Of a stretch of 64,000 nt of DNA, positions 54,476-63,119 are shown in pieces. The stretch's first letter is position 1. Every line of letters starts with the position of its first letter. Both the position numbers and the translations under genes were made by a program. The notes under the pieces are model-generated. The model saw nothing but the letters and a program-made list of their open reading frames with translations. It was not told the DNA's origin and did not search any database. Source of the stretch: Candidatus Iainarchaeum sp. (lineage in GTDB: Archaea; Iainarchaeota; Iainarchaeia; Iainarchaeales; UBA10219); the NCBI GenBank assembly GCA_018304425.1, contig JAGVWE010000002.1, positions 352,001-416,000 on the forward strand, written 5' to 3'.

Positions 54476-55882
54476 CTAATTACTTCCCTGCTGGCTTGCA
54501 TAGTATTCCGTGAAGTTGCCCCTGCAACTGGCCGCCCCATTCAAGAAGGTTGCTGGGAACAAGGCAAAGAACCGGCTCACTTCCGCTGCACAGGCCGCCC
54601 CCTTTAACACGCTTCCCTGCCTGAGTTTTCCAGGCACTTCAGGTACCCCCGTGTCCAGGGCCTCGCAAGTAGTAATATAACCAACCCTTGGATCCAAGTC
54701 CTTGCCGTTCAATTTCTTGGGCCACACCTCAAACCGGCAATTACCCTTGTCCAAGTCAAGCAAAGTATATGCGAAGACATCCTGCCCCTTGTTGGAAGTA
54801 ACCACGGCGCCGAGCTTGGCGCATTCATTGTATCCAGCACAAAAGCAGTCTGCAGCGGTGTTCGACGCATTGGCATCGGCGTTGAGTGCCCCGCAATTGC
54901 TCCCCTGGGTAAAGTCATGCTCGCATTGCTTGGGTGTTCCTATGCACAGGTCAAGCGTGTAGGCAAGCCCATCATCACAGTTATGGTCCACTAGGCAGAG
55001 GTTTTTCTTAGGGCAGTCATCGTCCGTCGTGAAATCACAGGAAGGAGGGCAGAAGCCATCTGCGTTCTCGCAAGTGCAATCCGTGTCACTGGATTCATCG
55101 CAGCTCTTCAGGCAAACCCCGTCCCCGTTCTTGCACTCGGTTACTAGCAGGTTCTTGCACCGCTTCGGGTGCCCATCGCACTCGTCAATGGTTTCCGGTT
55201 TGCCATCCTTGCAATCCGCGTTTTCAATGCACTGGTCCTGGCAATCGGAGTCAACCGTGGCATCACAGGTCTTCGGGCACACGCCGTCCGCATCCACGCA
55301 GTTTTTGATGGTCTTGTGGCTGCAGTGGAGGGGTTCCCCAACACAGGAATCAATGGTTTCAAGGCTGTCATCGTCGCAGTCAGAATCCGTCTTACAGGTC
55401 TCAGCCTCCGGGGGGAGGTTCTTGCAGTCGCTGTCACTGATGGCATTACAGCCCTGCGGGCACAGGGCATCCCCCGAAATACAGCCGGTAACGGCGCCGT
55501 TAACGCATTTCTTGGGCGAGCCCGTGCATTCGTCCTTGGTTTCGGGTTTGTTGTCGTTGCACTCCGCATTCGACTTGCATTCATCGGCGTCGCAGTCAGT
55601 GTCTCCGCTGCCCCTGCAGATAACAGGGCAGAAGCCATCCGATGAAATGCATTCAACGATCGCTTGGTGCTCGCATTTGCCGTCAAAATTGCAGGTGTCC
55701 TTGGTGGAGGCCTGGTTGTCCTTGCAATCCGTGTCAGTTACGCACTCCGCCTGAGCCGTTACCCCTTCCTTTTCACCGCCTACCAGTTCATCTGCTCGTT
55801 GCTTGGCCGCGTTGTTCTGCTGGCAGCCACTCAAAGCAATCAAGGCAATCAGAATAATAGCAACAAGGTAGGCGGGGCGCAC
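54476..55882 (-). CDS. Cys/Asp-rich repeat surface lipoprotein
   Basis: Lipobox LSGC; four full ~53-aa 8-Cys units plus partial units. Confidence 0.85.
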   Translation of the reverse strand: MRPAYLVAIILIALIALSGCQQNNAAKQRADELVGGEKEGVTAQAECVTDTDCKDNQASTKDTCNFDGKCEHQAIVECISSDGFCPVICRGSGDTDCDADECKSNAECNDNKPETKDECTGSPKKCVNGAVTGCISGDALCPQGCNAISDSDCKNLPPEAETCKTDSDCDDDSLETIDSCVGEPLHCSHKTIKNCVDADGVCPKTCDATVDSDCQDQCIENADCKDGKPETIDECDGHPKRCKNLLVTECKNGDGVCLKSCDESSDTDCTCENADGFCPPSCDFTTDDDCPKKNLCLVDHNCDDGLAYTLDLCIGTPKQCEHDFTQGSNCGALNADANASNTAADCFCAGYNECAKLGAVVTSNKGQDVFAYTLLDLDKGNCRFEVWPKKLNGKDLDPRVGYITTCEALDTGVPEVPGKLRQGSVLKGAACAAEVSRFFALFPATFLNGAASCRGNFTEYYASQQGSN

Positions 55883-55922
55883 GCAAAAATAGCCTTAGCA
55901 CCCTCTTTTAAGCATATTCGGC

Positions 55923-55954
55923 GAAAAACAGGAAAAGCGTGGCGAATGCCACGC
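55923..55954 (-). terminator. Hairpin plus U-tract downstream of the micro-ORF
   Basis: GCGTGGC-4nt-GCCACGC stem (55937-55954) followed on the minus strand by TTTTCCTGTTTTT. Confidence 0.6.
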
Positions 55955-55972
55955 ACTCGACAAGACCCCAGC

Positions 55973-56032
55973 TTACTGGCCACCCTTCTTCTTCTTTTTC
56001 ATGGAACTGCTACAACCACAGGAACCACACAC
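55973..56032 (-). CDS. 19-aa micropeptide MCGSCGCSSSMKKKKKGGQ (not in ORF track)
   Basis: GTG start 5 nt after SD GGGGGTGA; TATA-like CTTAAAAA upstream; terminator downstream. Confidence 0.65.
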   Translation of the reverse strand: MCGSCGCSSSMKKKKKGGQ

Positions 56033-56141
56033 GGATTTCACCCCCTACACAATTGTTTTTACTATTTTGTATTTTCAAACAATTTTTAAGGCAATGGCCA
56101 GGCGTTTGTATCTGCAGCGTGCATGGAGCGAGGTGCATATT

Positions 56142-57086
56142 TTGCAGGTTTTAATGCTTGGCAAATCGGCTCGTGGGGGGATTTATTACTATGCGACTGC
56201 CTTGGAGCAAGCGCTGAGCAGATTGGGCATCCAGGTGTCAAGCGATTGGCCGCGCTTGCCCCAGGCGGACCTTGTTCATTACCATTACGATGCCTTGTTT
56301 CCCCTCAGTCGGTTCAAGCTGCTCGGTTTCCTGGTTTTGGCAAGGATTCTTGGCAAACCGGTTGTTGTTACCGCGCACAATCCGATCGCAAGGGGCACCA
56401 AAAGCCCGTTAAAATACTTGTTTTACTGGATCGCCAACAGGATCATCGTCCACGACGAAATGGAGTGGGAGTTTTCGCCTAAAACGGTTGTAATTCCCTA
56501 CGGCAACAGTTGCTTTTACCTTGATTTTCCAACAAGGCTTTCGAGACAGGAACTGAAAAAAAAGTGGGCAACCGGCAGCAAGTACGTTCTTCTGTGTTAT
56601 GGAACGCTTCGCATAACCAAGAACTACCCCCTTGCCTTGGGCATAGTTAAAGCGCTGCGCGAGTCCGGGATTGATGCGGACTTAGTCATCGCAGGCAACC
56701 CGACCAATGCAAGCCTCAAACAGTGTGGTTTGGAAGACCTGCCACCCTATGCAAGGCTTTTCGCGAAGTATATAGCGGAACCAGAGACCAACGAGTTGTT
56801 CACGCTTGCAGACGCCGTGTTGCTGACGAACTCGGAGCACAACCATTCAGCCGTTCCACACATTGCCTACTGTTTTAGGAAACCCGTTGTTGCGTCCCAG
56901 TGCTTAGCCCACCAGACGAGGTTTTCAGTTGGCTCCATCGACGAATGCGTTTCCATTCTTACCAAAATACTCAAGAGCCCCCCTTCAATGGAGGAAGAGC
57001 ATTCCAGGGAATTAGTGGATTTCAGCTGGGAAAAAATCGCCAGGTCAACCACCGGGCTCTATGCATCTCTTATTGGGAAAAAATAA
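56142..57086 (+). CDS. Glycosyltransferase (GT4-like)
   Basis: KPVVVTAH, VIPYG, YGTLRITKN, LVIAG, ADAV, KPVVAS; TTG start after SD GAGGTG. Confidence 0.8.
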   Translation: MQVLMLGKSARGGIYYYATALEQALSRLGIQVSSDWPRLPQADLVHYHYDALFPLSRFKLLGFLVLARILGKPVVVTAHNPIARGTKSPLKYLFYWIANRIIVHDEMEWEFSPKTVVIPYGNSCFYLDFPTRLSRQELKKKWATGSKYVLLCYGTLRITKNYPLALGIVKALRESGIDADLVIAGNPTNASLKQCGLEDLPPYARLFAKYIAEPETNELFTLADAVLLTNSEHNHSAVPHIAYCFRKPVVASQCLAHQTRFSVGSIDECVSILTKILKSPPSMEEEHSRELVDFSWEKIARSTTGLYASLIGKK

Positions 57087-57232
57087 ACCCCTTGCCGGAG
57101 GCGTGCTTAGTTGATACCATGGAGGGAGGCAAAGCGATAAGAATATACATAACTTGTAGGTTGAAACAGCTGCACCCCACTTTGCAAAGGCTTCCTTGTA
57201 ATAGGATCCCGCGCTTTTTTGGGTGCTGCCCT

Positions 57233-57826
57233 TTATTGCCAGCTCACCTCAACTTCCTTGACTCCAATTATTATCCGTTCGTCCCGCCGGTAATCCATGG
57301 TTTTGGCCGTGTATTTGAGTTTGTGGTGGTCGCGGCCGAATTCGTAGAGCTTTCGAGTCATCTCGACGTCGTTGATGCAATAGTCAATGACCTGCTGGCG
57401 CTTCCCGGTGCGCCACATGAAAGGCACACTGCGGCTGTCCTCGGTCTTCTCCTCACCCAGGTTGAGTTTGGCCAGATCATTGAGGGCCACGCGCTGGCTG
57501 GTTTTTTTCTCTATTTCGAACAGCATGTCCAGGGTCTTCGTGTTCAGGAGGTTGGCCACCGGCTGCTTGACCGCGCCCTGCAACACGGAGTAGTCAAAGG
57601 AGAACAGGTTGTGTCCCACCACCAAGTCACAGGACTGCAAAAGGTCAAACAGTTCTTTGGCCTGTTCCTTGAGGAAAACCCGGCAAGGCTCTTCGTTCAC
57701 CTTCACGCAGGCACAGGCAATGGATAGCCTTGAGGGGTCCCGGGACCACTTGCTTTCCATGCCCAGGTCCTCGAAGAGTTGCTCGGTCTCCAAGTCGAAA
57801 AAGGCGATTTTGCATTCCCCCACCAT
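57233..57826 (-). CDS. RNase H-like DEDD exonuclease domain protein (YprB-like)
   Basis: FFDLET, VVGHNLFSFDY, LDML, LNDLA, YCINDV. Confidence 0.85.
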   Translation of the reverse strand: MVGECKIAFFDLETEQLFEDLGMESKWSRDPSRLSIACACVKVNEEPCRVFLKEQAKELFDLLQSCDLVVGHNLFSFDYSVLQGAVKQPVANLLNTKTLDMLFEIEKKTSQRVALNDLAKLNLGEEKTEDSRSVPFMWRTGKRQQVIDYCINDVEMTRKLYEFGRDHHKLKYTAKTMDYRRDERIIIGVKEVEVSWQ

Positions 57827-58009
57827 GATGGAATTCCCCTGCAAAAGGGATTTAAACCGTGTCCGCACGCTTATGGCGGGTGGCTTAAGGGCGGCGATAG
57901 GTTGGTGCGGCGGTCGACAACTATGGGCCTACCCACACAGCTACATAACCTGTTCCTATTAGACTCTGATAAGGCAAGGTTTATTAGTCGGGAAGGCCAC
58001 GATTTTTGC

Positions 58010-58483
58010 ATGGTTTCGAATAGGCGAAGGGTGGGCCGGACCACACGGCGGGGCAGCGTCGCCCCTTCCTCGATAGGCCCTCACCGGTTCACCGCCCGCA
58101 CCTTGCGGCGCCCGGTCGGCGGGAACGAGGCGTTGAAGAACAAGACCTATCGGAAACTTAGCGGGGTTTCCAAGGCAGCCGCGGACCGGTTCTTAACGGC
58201 TACGCGCACGATAGACCGTTCTTTCGCCCTGGTCAATCCCTTGTACCCGGGTATCAACCGCGCCTGGTGCAGGGCAATCGCCTATTCGACCGTAGCCAAC
58301 TTGCTCGTCTCCCTGGTCCGTAGCCCCAAGGACCTGACCTTGATGACTCCACTGGTGTTCGAGATGCCGAACGGCAGACACGTCGGGGTCAGGCTGACCG
58401 TTTCCGGGCGGCTTCCGGCCCCGGAGTTCGACGTGCAAATCGGGGAAGTCGGACCGGACCAGCCGGGCGGGGTGCACGCCTGA
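58010..58483 (+). CDS. Arg-rich orphan protein, paralogue 1
   Basis: TATA-like TTTATTA upstream; shares a C-terminal motif with the next gene. Confidence 0.7.
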   Translation: MVSNRRRVGRTTRRGSVAPSSIGPHRFTARTLRRPVGGNEALKNKTYRKLSGVSKAAADRFLTATRTIDRSFALVNPLYPGINRAWCRAIAYSTVANLLVSLVRSPKDLTLMTPLVFEMPNGRHVGVRLTVSGRLPAPEFDVQIGEVGPDQPGGVHA

Positions 58484-58565
58484 CAACAAGACACACGAAA
58501 TTCAAAGAGATTTTTTCCTTCGGTGAGCCGTCACTCTTATTAAGCTAGGGCGCATTAATTCTGAT

Positions 58566-59120
58566 ATGCGCTTACCTGCGCCTGGCGGAAGACCCAACCG
58601 ACGCCCGGGCGCCCCCGGACCGAAAAGGCCCGGGGTCAGGCGCCCCGGACGCGCGTCGATTAGGGAGGCCGCCGCCTTGTTCAAAAGGCAGCGCGCGGGC
58701 AGGCCGCGGGCCAGGCCGCCCTTCAAGCAGGCATTAGAACCTAAACCACCCAAGGCCGTCGAGGTGAAACGCCGGCGGGAAGAAGAATTGCGCAAGGTTT
58801 CCAGGCACTTGCCGCCCAACTTTCGGCGGTTTTGCGGCTTGATCAACTCGGCCGCGCGTGAGCATTGCCCTGATTTGGACGGCACTACACGTGCGCGCAT
58901 TTATGTTGGCGCATCCAATCTCCTGGTCGCCCAATACCAAATAAACGACGGGAAAACGCATTACGACGATTACACTTACTCGCTCCCGAACCGGCGGCGA
59001 TTAGCCGTCCGGCTGGAGGCCAAGGGACGCTTTCAGGCGCCCGTGCTCAAAGTCCACTTGGTCGTGACCGGGGAAGGTGGAGCACAAGGCGGAGGCGGCA
59101 GCCACCTCGCGCCGATTTAA
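58566..59120 (+). CDS. Arg/Pro-rich orphan protein, paralogue 2
   Basis: TATA-like TTATTAA upstream; Y...NLLV...PN.R...VRL...GR..AP...V shared with 58010..58483. Confidence 0.7.
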   Translation: MRLPAPGGRPNRRPGAPGPKRPGVRRPGRASIREAAALFKRQRAGRPRARPPFKQALEPKPPKAVEVKRRREEELRKVSRHLPPNFRRFCGLINSAAREHCPDLDGTTRARIYVGASNLLVAQYQINDGKTHYDDYTYSLPNRRRLAVRLEAKGRFQAPVLKVHLVVTGEGGAQGGGGSHLAPI

Positions 59121-59326
59121 TCCAACGCGTGTAAAAAAAGGCCATAGAAGCTACATAACTAAATCCGGCTTGCCTTCGTTCCCCGCCCCAAGCCAGTCCT
59201 CACCACCCTACGCCAAGTCAGGATCGCCCAATTTTTCGCGCGAACGCCGTAAACCCCTGCGACGACCCCCATAGTTCCACTAAAGCCATTCCAGGCGGAA
59301 TAAGGCACCCAGAACTAATCAGCGTA

Positions 59327-59354
59327 TTGCCGGATAAGATAGATTATCCTGCAC
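59327..59354. other. dif-like 11-6-11 imperfect palindrome
   Basis: TTGCCGGATAA-GATAGA-TTATCCTGCAC; the arms match at 9 of 11 positions. Confidence 0.5.
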
Positions 59355-59857
59355 AGTTGCGAAGGAAATATCGTAAAAACGAAAAAATAAAAGTGGGTTG
59401 GAGATGGCACCAGGGAGCAGAGTGGCTTGGGTGGGGGAGGGGTAAAGCCACCTCCAGATAAGTTATGTAGAAAATTAGGTTGTTTTGGTTGCCTTGCTTG
59501 CTTGGCAGCCGGTTCGTATGGGTGGGAGCGGGTCCCAACGCGGGAAATCAATCAAGGCGCGACACAGCCAGACCGTTTATCCGGGATTTTCCGAGTTAGT
59601 TCCTTCCAATGAGTATCAAGGGTTTGGCAACCCAAAAACGGGCGAGTCCATGCGAACCAACCGGTTTTGAGCTAGCATCCAAAGCGATTTTTCGCCCAAA
59701 AACCGGTTTAGGCCCTGTAAGCTTGCATGCACGGTGGCATTTTGGCTGGGCCTGTTAGGACCCAGCTCGGCCCCAACAAGAAGGCATTTAGGATAGTTTG
59801 GGTGACAGAGTGGGACTGCAGAGGCAGCAGCAGGAATCATGCTCGGCCACCACCCAG

Positions 59858-59882
59858 ATTATGTAGTCACTAACTACATAAT
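59858..59882. repeat. Perfect 10-5-10 palindrome built from CTACATAA half-sites
   Basis: ATTATGTAGT-CACTA-ACTACATAAT; related site at 44579-44603. Confidence 0.7.
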
Positions 59883-60737
59883 TTATCTTTGTGGGCCTTG
59901 CTTCACCACCGCCAAAATCTGTTTTGCCCGCTCCCTTATGGTGTGCTTTTCAAGCACGAGCTTTTGCCCTGCTTTGGCAAGGGCTTCCCGTTCTTCGGCG
60001 TGGCGGAGATAGTAATAGGCGAGGTCCCGCATTTCCTTAAGCGTGTGGTATTCCCGGTAGTGTTTGCCTTCCTGGACTGCGTCCATGGTGCGGGTTTCAG
60101 GAATCGGGTTGCTCAGTAGGAACGCACCCGACCCCAGTACCTCGAACACCCGCAGGTTGAGTTCGTTGGCTATGCTGTAATTGAGGCCGATTTTCGTGGT
60201 CGAGTAGATTTTCCCCATTTCATTCAAATAAGCTTTTCCGATAAAGGCGTTTTTGAAATTTCTGGTGGCAAACCTCCTGAACAGGCGGCGTTGTTCCGAG
60301 TTTTGACCGACAAAGGCGACGTCCAACGTCCGTTCGAGACCCCGCTCGTAGATGGTGGCTTCGTCTGCGGCCAGGGGCAGCAAGTGGATGTCCGCCGCTT
60401 TTTTTGGAAGGTCTTCCCGCATTTTTTTAACACCTGCCACATGGGGAACAAATACAAAATCATGGTTTTTTGCCACGGCTAATTCGTTTGAGTAGTTGAT
60501 GTGGGTGTCAATGGCCCAGTAAGCGCGTGGGCCCTGGGGCAGCGGGAGCTGGTGGTAGTGCCGGGAGGAATGCACTTCGAGGTAGAGGTCGAAGTCATCC
60601 TGGCTGGGGGTGCGAGCCCATTCAAGGTCAATGGAGTCAAAGGCTTCCACTCTGTGGCCCAGTCTTTCCAGGGAACGGTGCAGCACGCCCCCCGTGCAGT
60701 AAGGCCTGTGGGTTGCGTAGAACAAGGCAATTTTCAT
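59883..60737 (-). CDS. Glycosyltransferase (CgeB / Glyco_trans_1_2 family)
   Basis: YWAIDTH, LPLAAD, DVAFVG, LNLRVFEVLGSGAFLL, HT...RA. Confidence 0.85.
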   Translation of the reverse strand: MKIALFYATHRPYCTGGVLHRSLERLGHRVEAFDSIDLEWARTPSQDDFDLYLEVHSSRHYHQLPLPQGPRAYWAIDTHINYSNELAVAKNHDFVFVPHVAGVKKMREDLPKKAADIHLLPLAADEATIYERGLERTLDVAFVGQNSEQRRLFRRFATRNFKNAFIGKAYLNEMGKIYSTTKIGLNYSIANELNLRVFEVLGSGAFLLSNPIPETRTMDAVQEGKHYREYHTLKEMRDLAYYYLRHAEEREALAKAGQKLVLEKHTIRERAKQILAVVKQGPQR

Positions 60738-61486
60738 GGTTTGATTCGCCCCCATTCTTGTTCAAGGTTGCGCCTGAAATCCGGGTATTTCTTCGCGAGG
60801 ATTTGGTCATTTCGTTTTTCCTGGGCCGTTATTTCTTCGCGGTTTTGGTCATGGTTTTGGTGTGCAATGTAGGTGAAGGGGTTGAGCCAGAAAAGCCGCT
60901 TCCCGGCTTCTTCCATGCGGGTGCGGAGGTCATTGTCGAGCCGCCCCCAGCCAGTGAATTCTTCGTTGAATCCCCGCAGCAATTCAAAATTGTGTTTGCT
61001 GCTGGCCTGGCAGTCCCCCGCCCACCAGTGCGAGCGTTGCACGGTGGAAGCGAACCGCGTAAGGGAATCCATTTTTTCCACCAAACGCGTGCCCTGGGCT
61101 TCCACGGTTTGCTGGTCGAAGTCATAGCGTAGACACAGGGCCAGGCGATCCGGGAACACGGCGAACAACGCATCCAAAGCCAGCAGGAAGTGTTTTTCAA
61201 ATAGGATGTCGGCATTGGTGGATATCACGAATTCGCCTTTTGCTTGCCGGATGCCGATGTTCTTGGCACGTGCCTCGTTGAAGGGCCCGTTTTCATGGGT
61301 GTACAAATAGCAGACGCCAGGCACGCGTTCCTTGACCCAGGCTTCCAACCCATCGTGGCCGCCATAATCAACCACGATTATTTCATACTGGTTTTTGGGG
61401 AATTGTTGTTGGCGCAGGCTCAACAAGGCGTTATGTAGCCGTATTCCTTTTCGATTCCTTACTGGCACTACAAAAGAGTATTTCAC
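60734..61486 (-). CDS. Glycosyltransferase family 2
   Basis: YSFVVPVRN, EIIVVDYG, KNIGI, NAD, GFNEEFTGWG.LD; start could extend to 61609. Confidence 0.88.
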   Translation of the reverse strand: MKYSFVVPVRNRKGIRLHNALLSLRQQQFPKNQYEIIVVDYGGHDGLEAWVKERVPGVCYLYTHENGPFNEARAKNIGIRQAKGEFVISTNADILFEKHFLLALDALFAVFPDRLALCLRYDFDQQTVEAQGTRLVEKMDSLTRFASTVQRSHWWAGDCQASSKHNFELLRGFNEEFTGWGRLDNDLRTRMEEAGKRLFWLNPFTYIAHQNHDQNREEITAQEKRNDQILAKKYPDFRRNLEQEWGRIKP

Positions 61487-61643
61487 GCAGGTTCCCCGCG
61501 TCCCCATCCCCTTTTCCCATTGGAGGGCCAGCCATACCAGCAGCACATCCATTACGGGGTTGCCACTAAAGTAGCCCAATACGCCCATAACTAAGCCTTT
61601 AAGGCCCATACCCTAATAAAGGTGAAGGGTGCAGGGTAAGTAT

Positions 61644-63077
61644 ATGGGGGCTTGTTTACGGGTTTTCCTCGGGAACCCGCCCTGGAGTAAGCCAGGTCGT
61701 TTGGGGGTACGCGCGGGTAGCCGCTGGCCTTTCACCATGGTTGTGAAGGCAGGGGAACGGCTTCCCTTTTATGTGCCCTTTCCTTTTTACCTGGCCTATG
61801 CTGCAGCCGTGCTTGAACGCGAGGGCCACCAGGTCTTACTCGTGGACGCAATTGCGGAAGGAATCACTGAGGAGGAGTTCCTTGCACGGGCTGCCGACTT
61901 CCGTCCGGACGCAATTATACTTGAGACTTCCACGCCAACCATTGCAGTTGATTTGGCCAGTGCCAAATCCCTCAAGCAGCGCACCAATGCCCGCATAATC
62001 TTGTGCGGGCCACATGTCACGGTGGAAGGTGCTCGCATCCTTCGCGAGAACAAATTCGTTGATTTTGCCGCGGTCGGGGAGTATGAGTTTGTGGTTCGTG
62101 ACCTGGTTACTGCACTGGCGTCTGGTGCGGATGCTTCCACCCTGAAGGGCGTCCTGCTCCGAAAAGAGGGGGTAGTGGTCGACACGGGCCGTGCCGAACC
62201 CGTCGACATCAACCAGTTGCCTTGGCCGGCCCGCCATTTCCTGCCCATGCTGAATTATCGCGATGGAAACGCCGGCTTGCCTCAGCCGAGCCTGCAGTTG
62301 CATGCCAGCCGTGGGTGTCCCTTTCGGTGTGATTTCTGCCTGTGGCCTCAAGTCATGTATAATGGTGGCAAGTACCGGGTGCGTGACCCGAAAGACGTGG
62401 TGGACGAAATCGAGTTTTGTCTCAAGACCTGGGGTTTCCAGTCGTTTTACTTTGACGATGACACCTTTGACATCGGCAGGGACCGCATTGTTCGTCTTTG
62501 CGACGAGATCAAGGCCCGCAACATCCGCGTGCCCTGGGAAGCCATGTGCCGGGCCGACACCTGTGACTACGCCATGCTGAAAGCCATGAAGGATGCGGGT
62601 TTGTACTGTCTTAAATTCGGCGTCGAATCCGGTAACCAGGAGACCCTGAAACGCATCCGAAAAAACCTGGACTTGGGCAAGGTCCGGCAGACCATGCGGG
62701 AATGCAGGGAATTGGGCATCAAGACACATTTGACGTTCACCTTTGGCTTGACCGGCGAAACCATCGAGGACGTCAAGAAAACGATTGATTTTGCCATCGA
62801 ACTGGATCCCGACAGCGTGCAGTTTTCCTTGACCACACCGTTCCCGGGAACCGATTTTTATAAGAATCTTGATGCGCGGGGCCTCATCATTTCAACGGAC
62901 TGGAGCAAGTATGATGGAAACGCCACCGCCGTGTTTCGCGCTGAGAATCTTTCCCCCAAGCAGTTGGAGAATGCATTGGCTGAGGCCAAGCGAAGGTGGC
63001 AGGCACATAAGCGGTTCAGGCACCGCATCCACCAAGTGAAGGGGATCCTGCGGCTCCTTGTTCCGCCGACCCAGTGA
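61644..63077 (+). CDS. Cobalamin-binding radical SAM protein
   Basis: B12-binding N-terminus, SRGCPFRCDFC, FDDDTF, FGVESG, TPFPGT. Confidence 0.92.
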   Translation: MGACLRVFLGNPPWSKPGRLGVRAGSRWPFTMVVKAGERLPFYVPFPFYLAYAAAVLEREGHQVLLVDAIAEGITEEEFLARAADFRPDAIILETSTPTIAVDLASAKSLKQRTNARIILCGPHVTVEGARILRENKFVDFAAVGEYEFVVRDLVTALASGADASTLKGVLLRKEGVVVDTGRAEPVDINQLPWPARHFLPMLNYRDGNAGLPQPSLQLHASRGCPFRCDFCLWPQVMYNGGKYRVRDPKDVVDEIEFCLKTWGFQSFYFDDDTFDIGRDRIVRLCDEIKARNIRVPWEAMCRADTCDYAMLKAMKDAGLYCLKFGVESGNQETLKRIRKNLDLGKVRQTMRECRELGIKTHLTFTFGLTGETIEDVKKTIDFAIELDPDSVQFSLTTPFPGTDFYKNLDARGLIISTDWSKYDGNATAVFRAENLSPKQLENALAEAKRRWQAHKRFRHRIHQVKGILRLLVPPTQ

Positions 63078-63119
63078 GGCAACCAAAGCTTTATATGGTT
63101 TGTTTGGATGGATATATTC

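Noticed and set aside
56001-56141. N-terminal extension of the GT4 gene
   Set aside because: It crosses an AT-rich divergent promoter region and the micro-gene; a good SD precedes TTG at 56142.
59121-59882. RNase P or SRP RNA, or the short ORFs listed in the track
   Set aside because: No GAGGAAAGTCC-type P4 or SRP helix-8 signature was recognised by eye; the ORFs lack an SD, motifs and typical codon usage.
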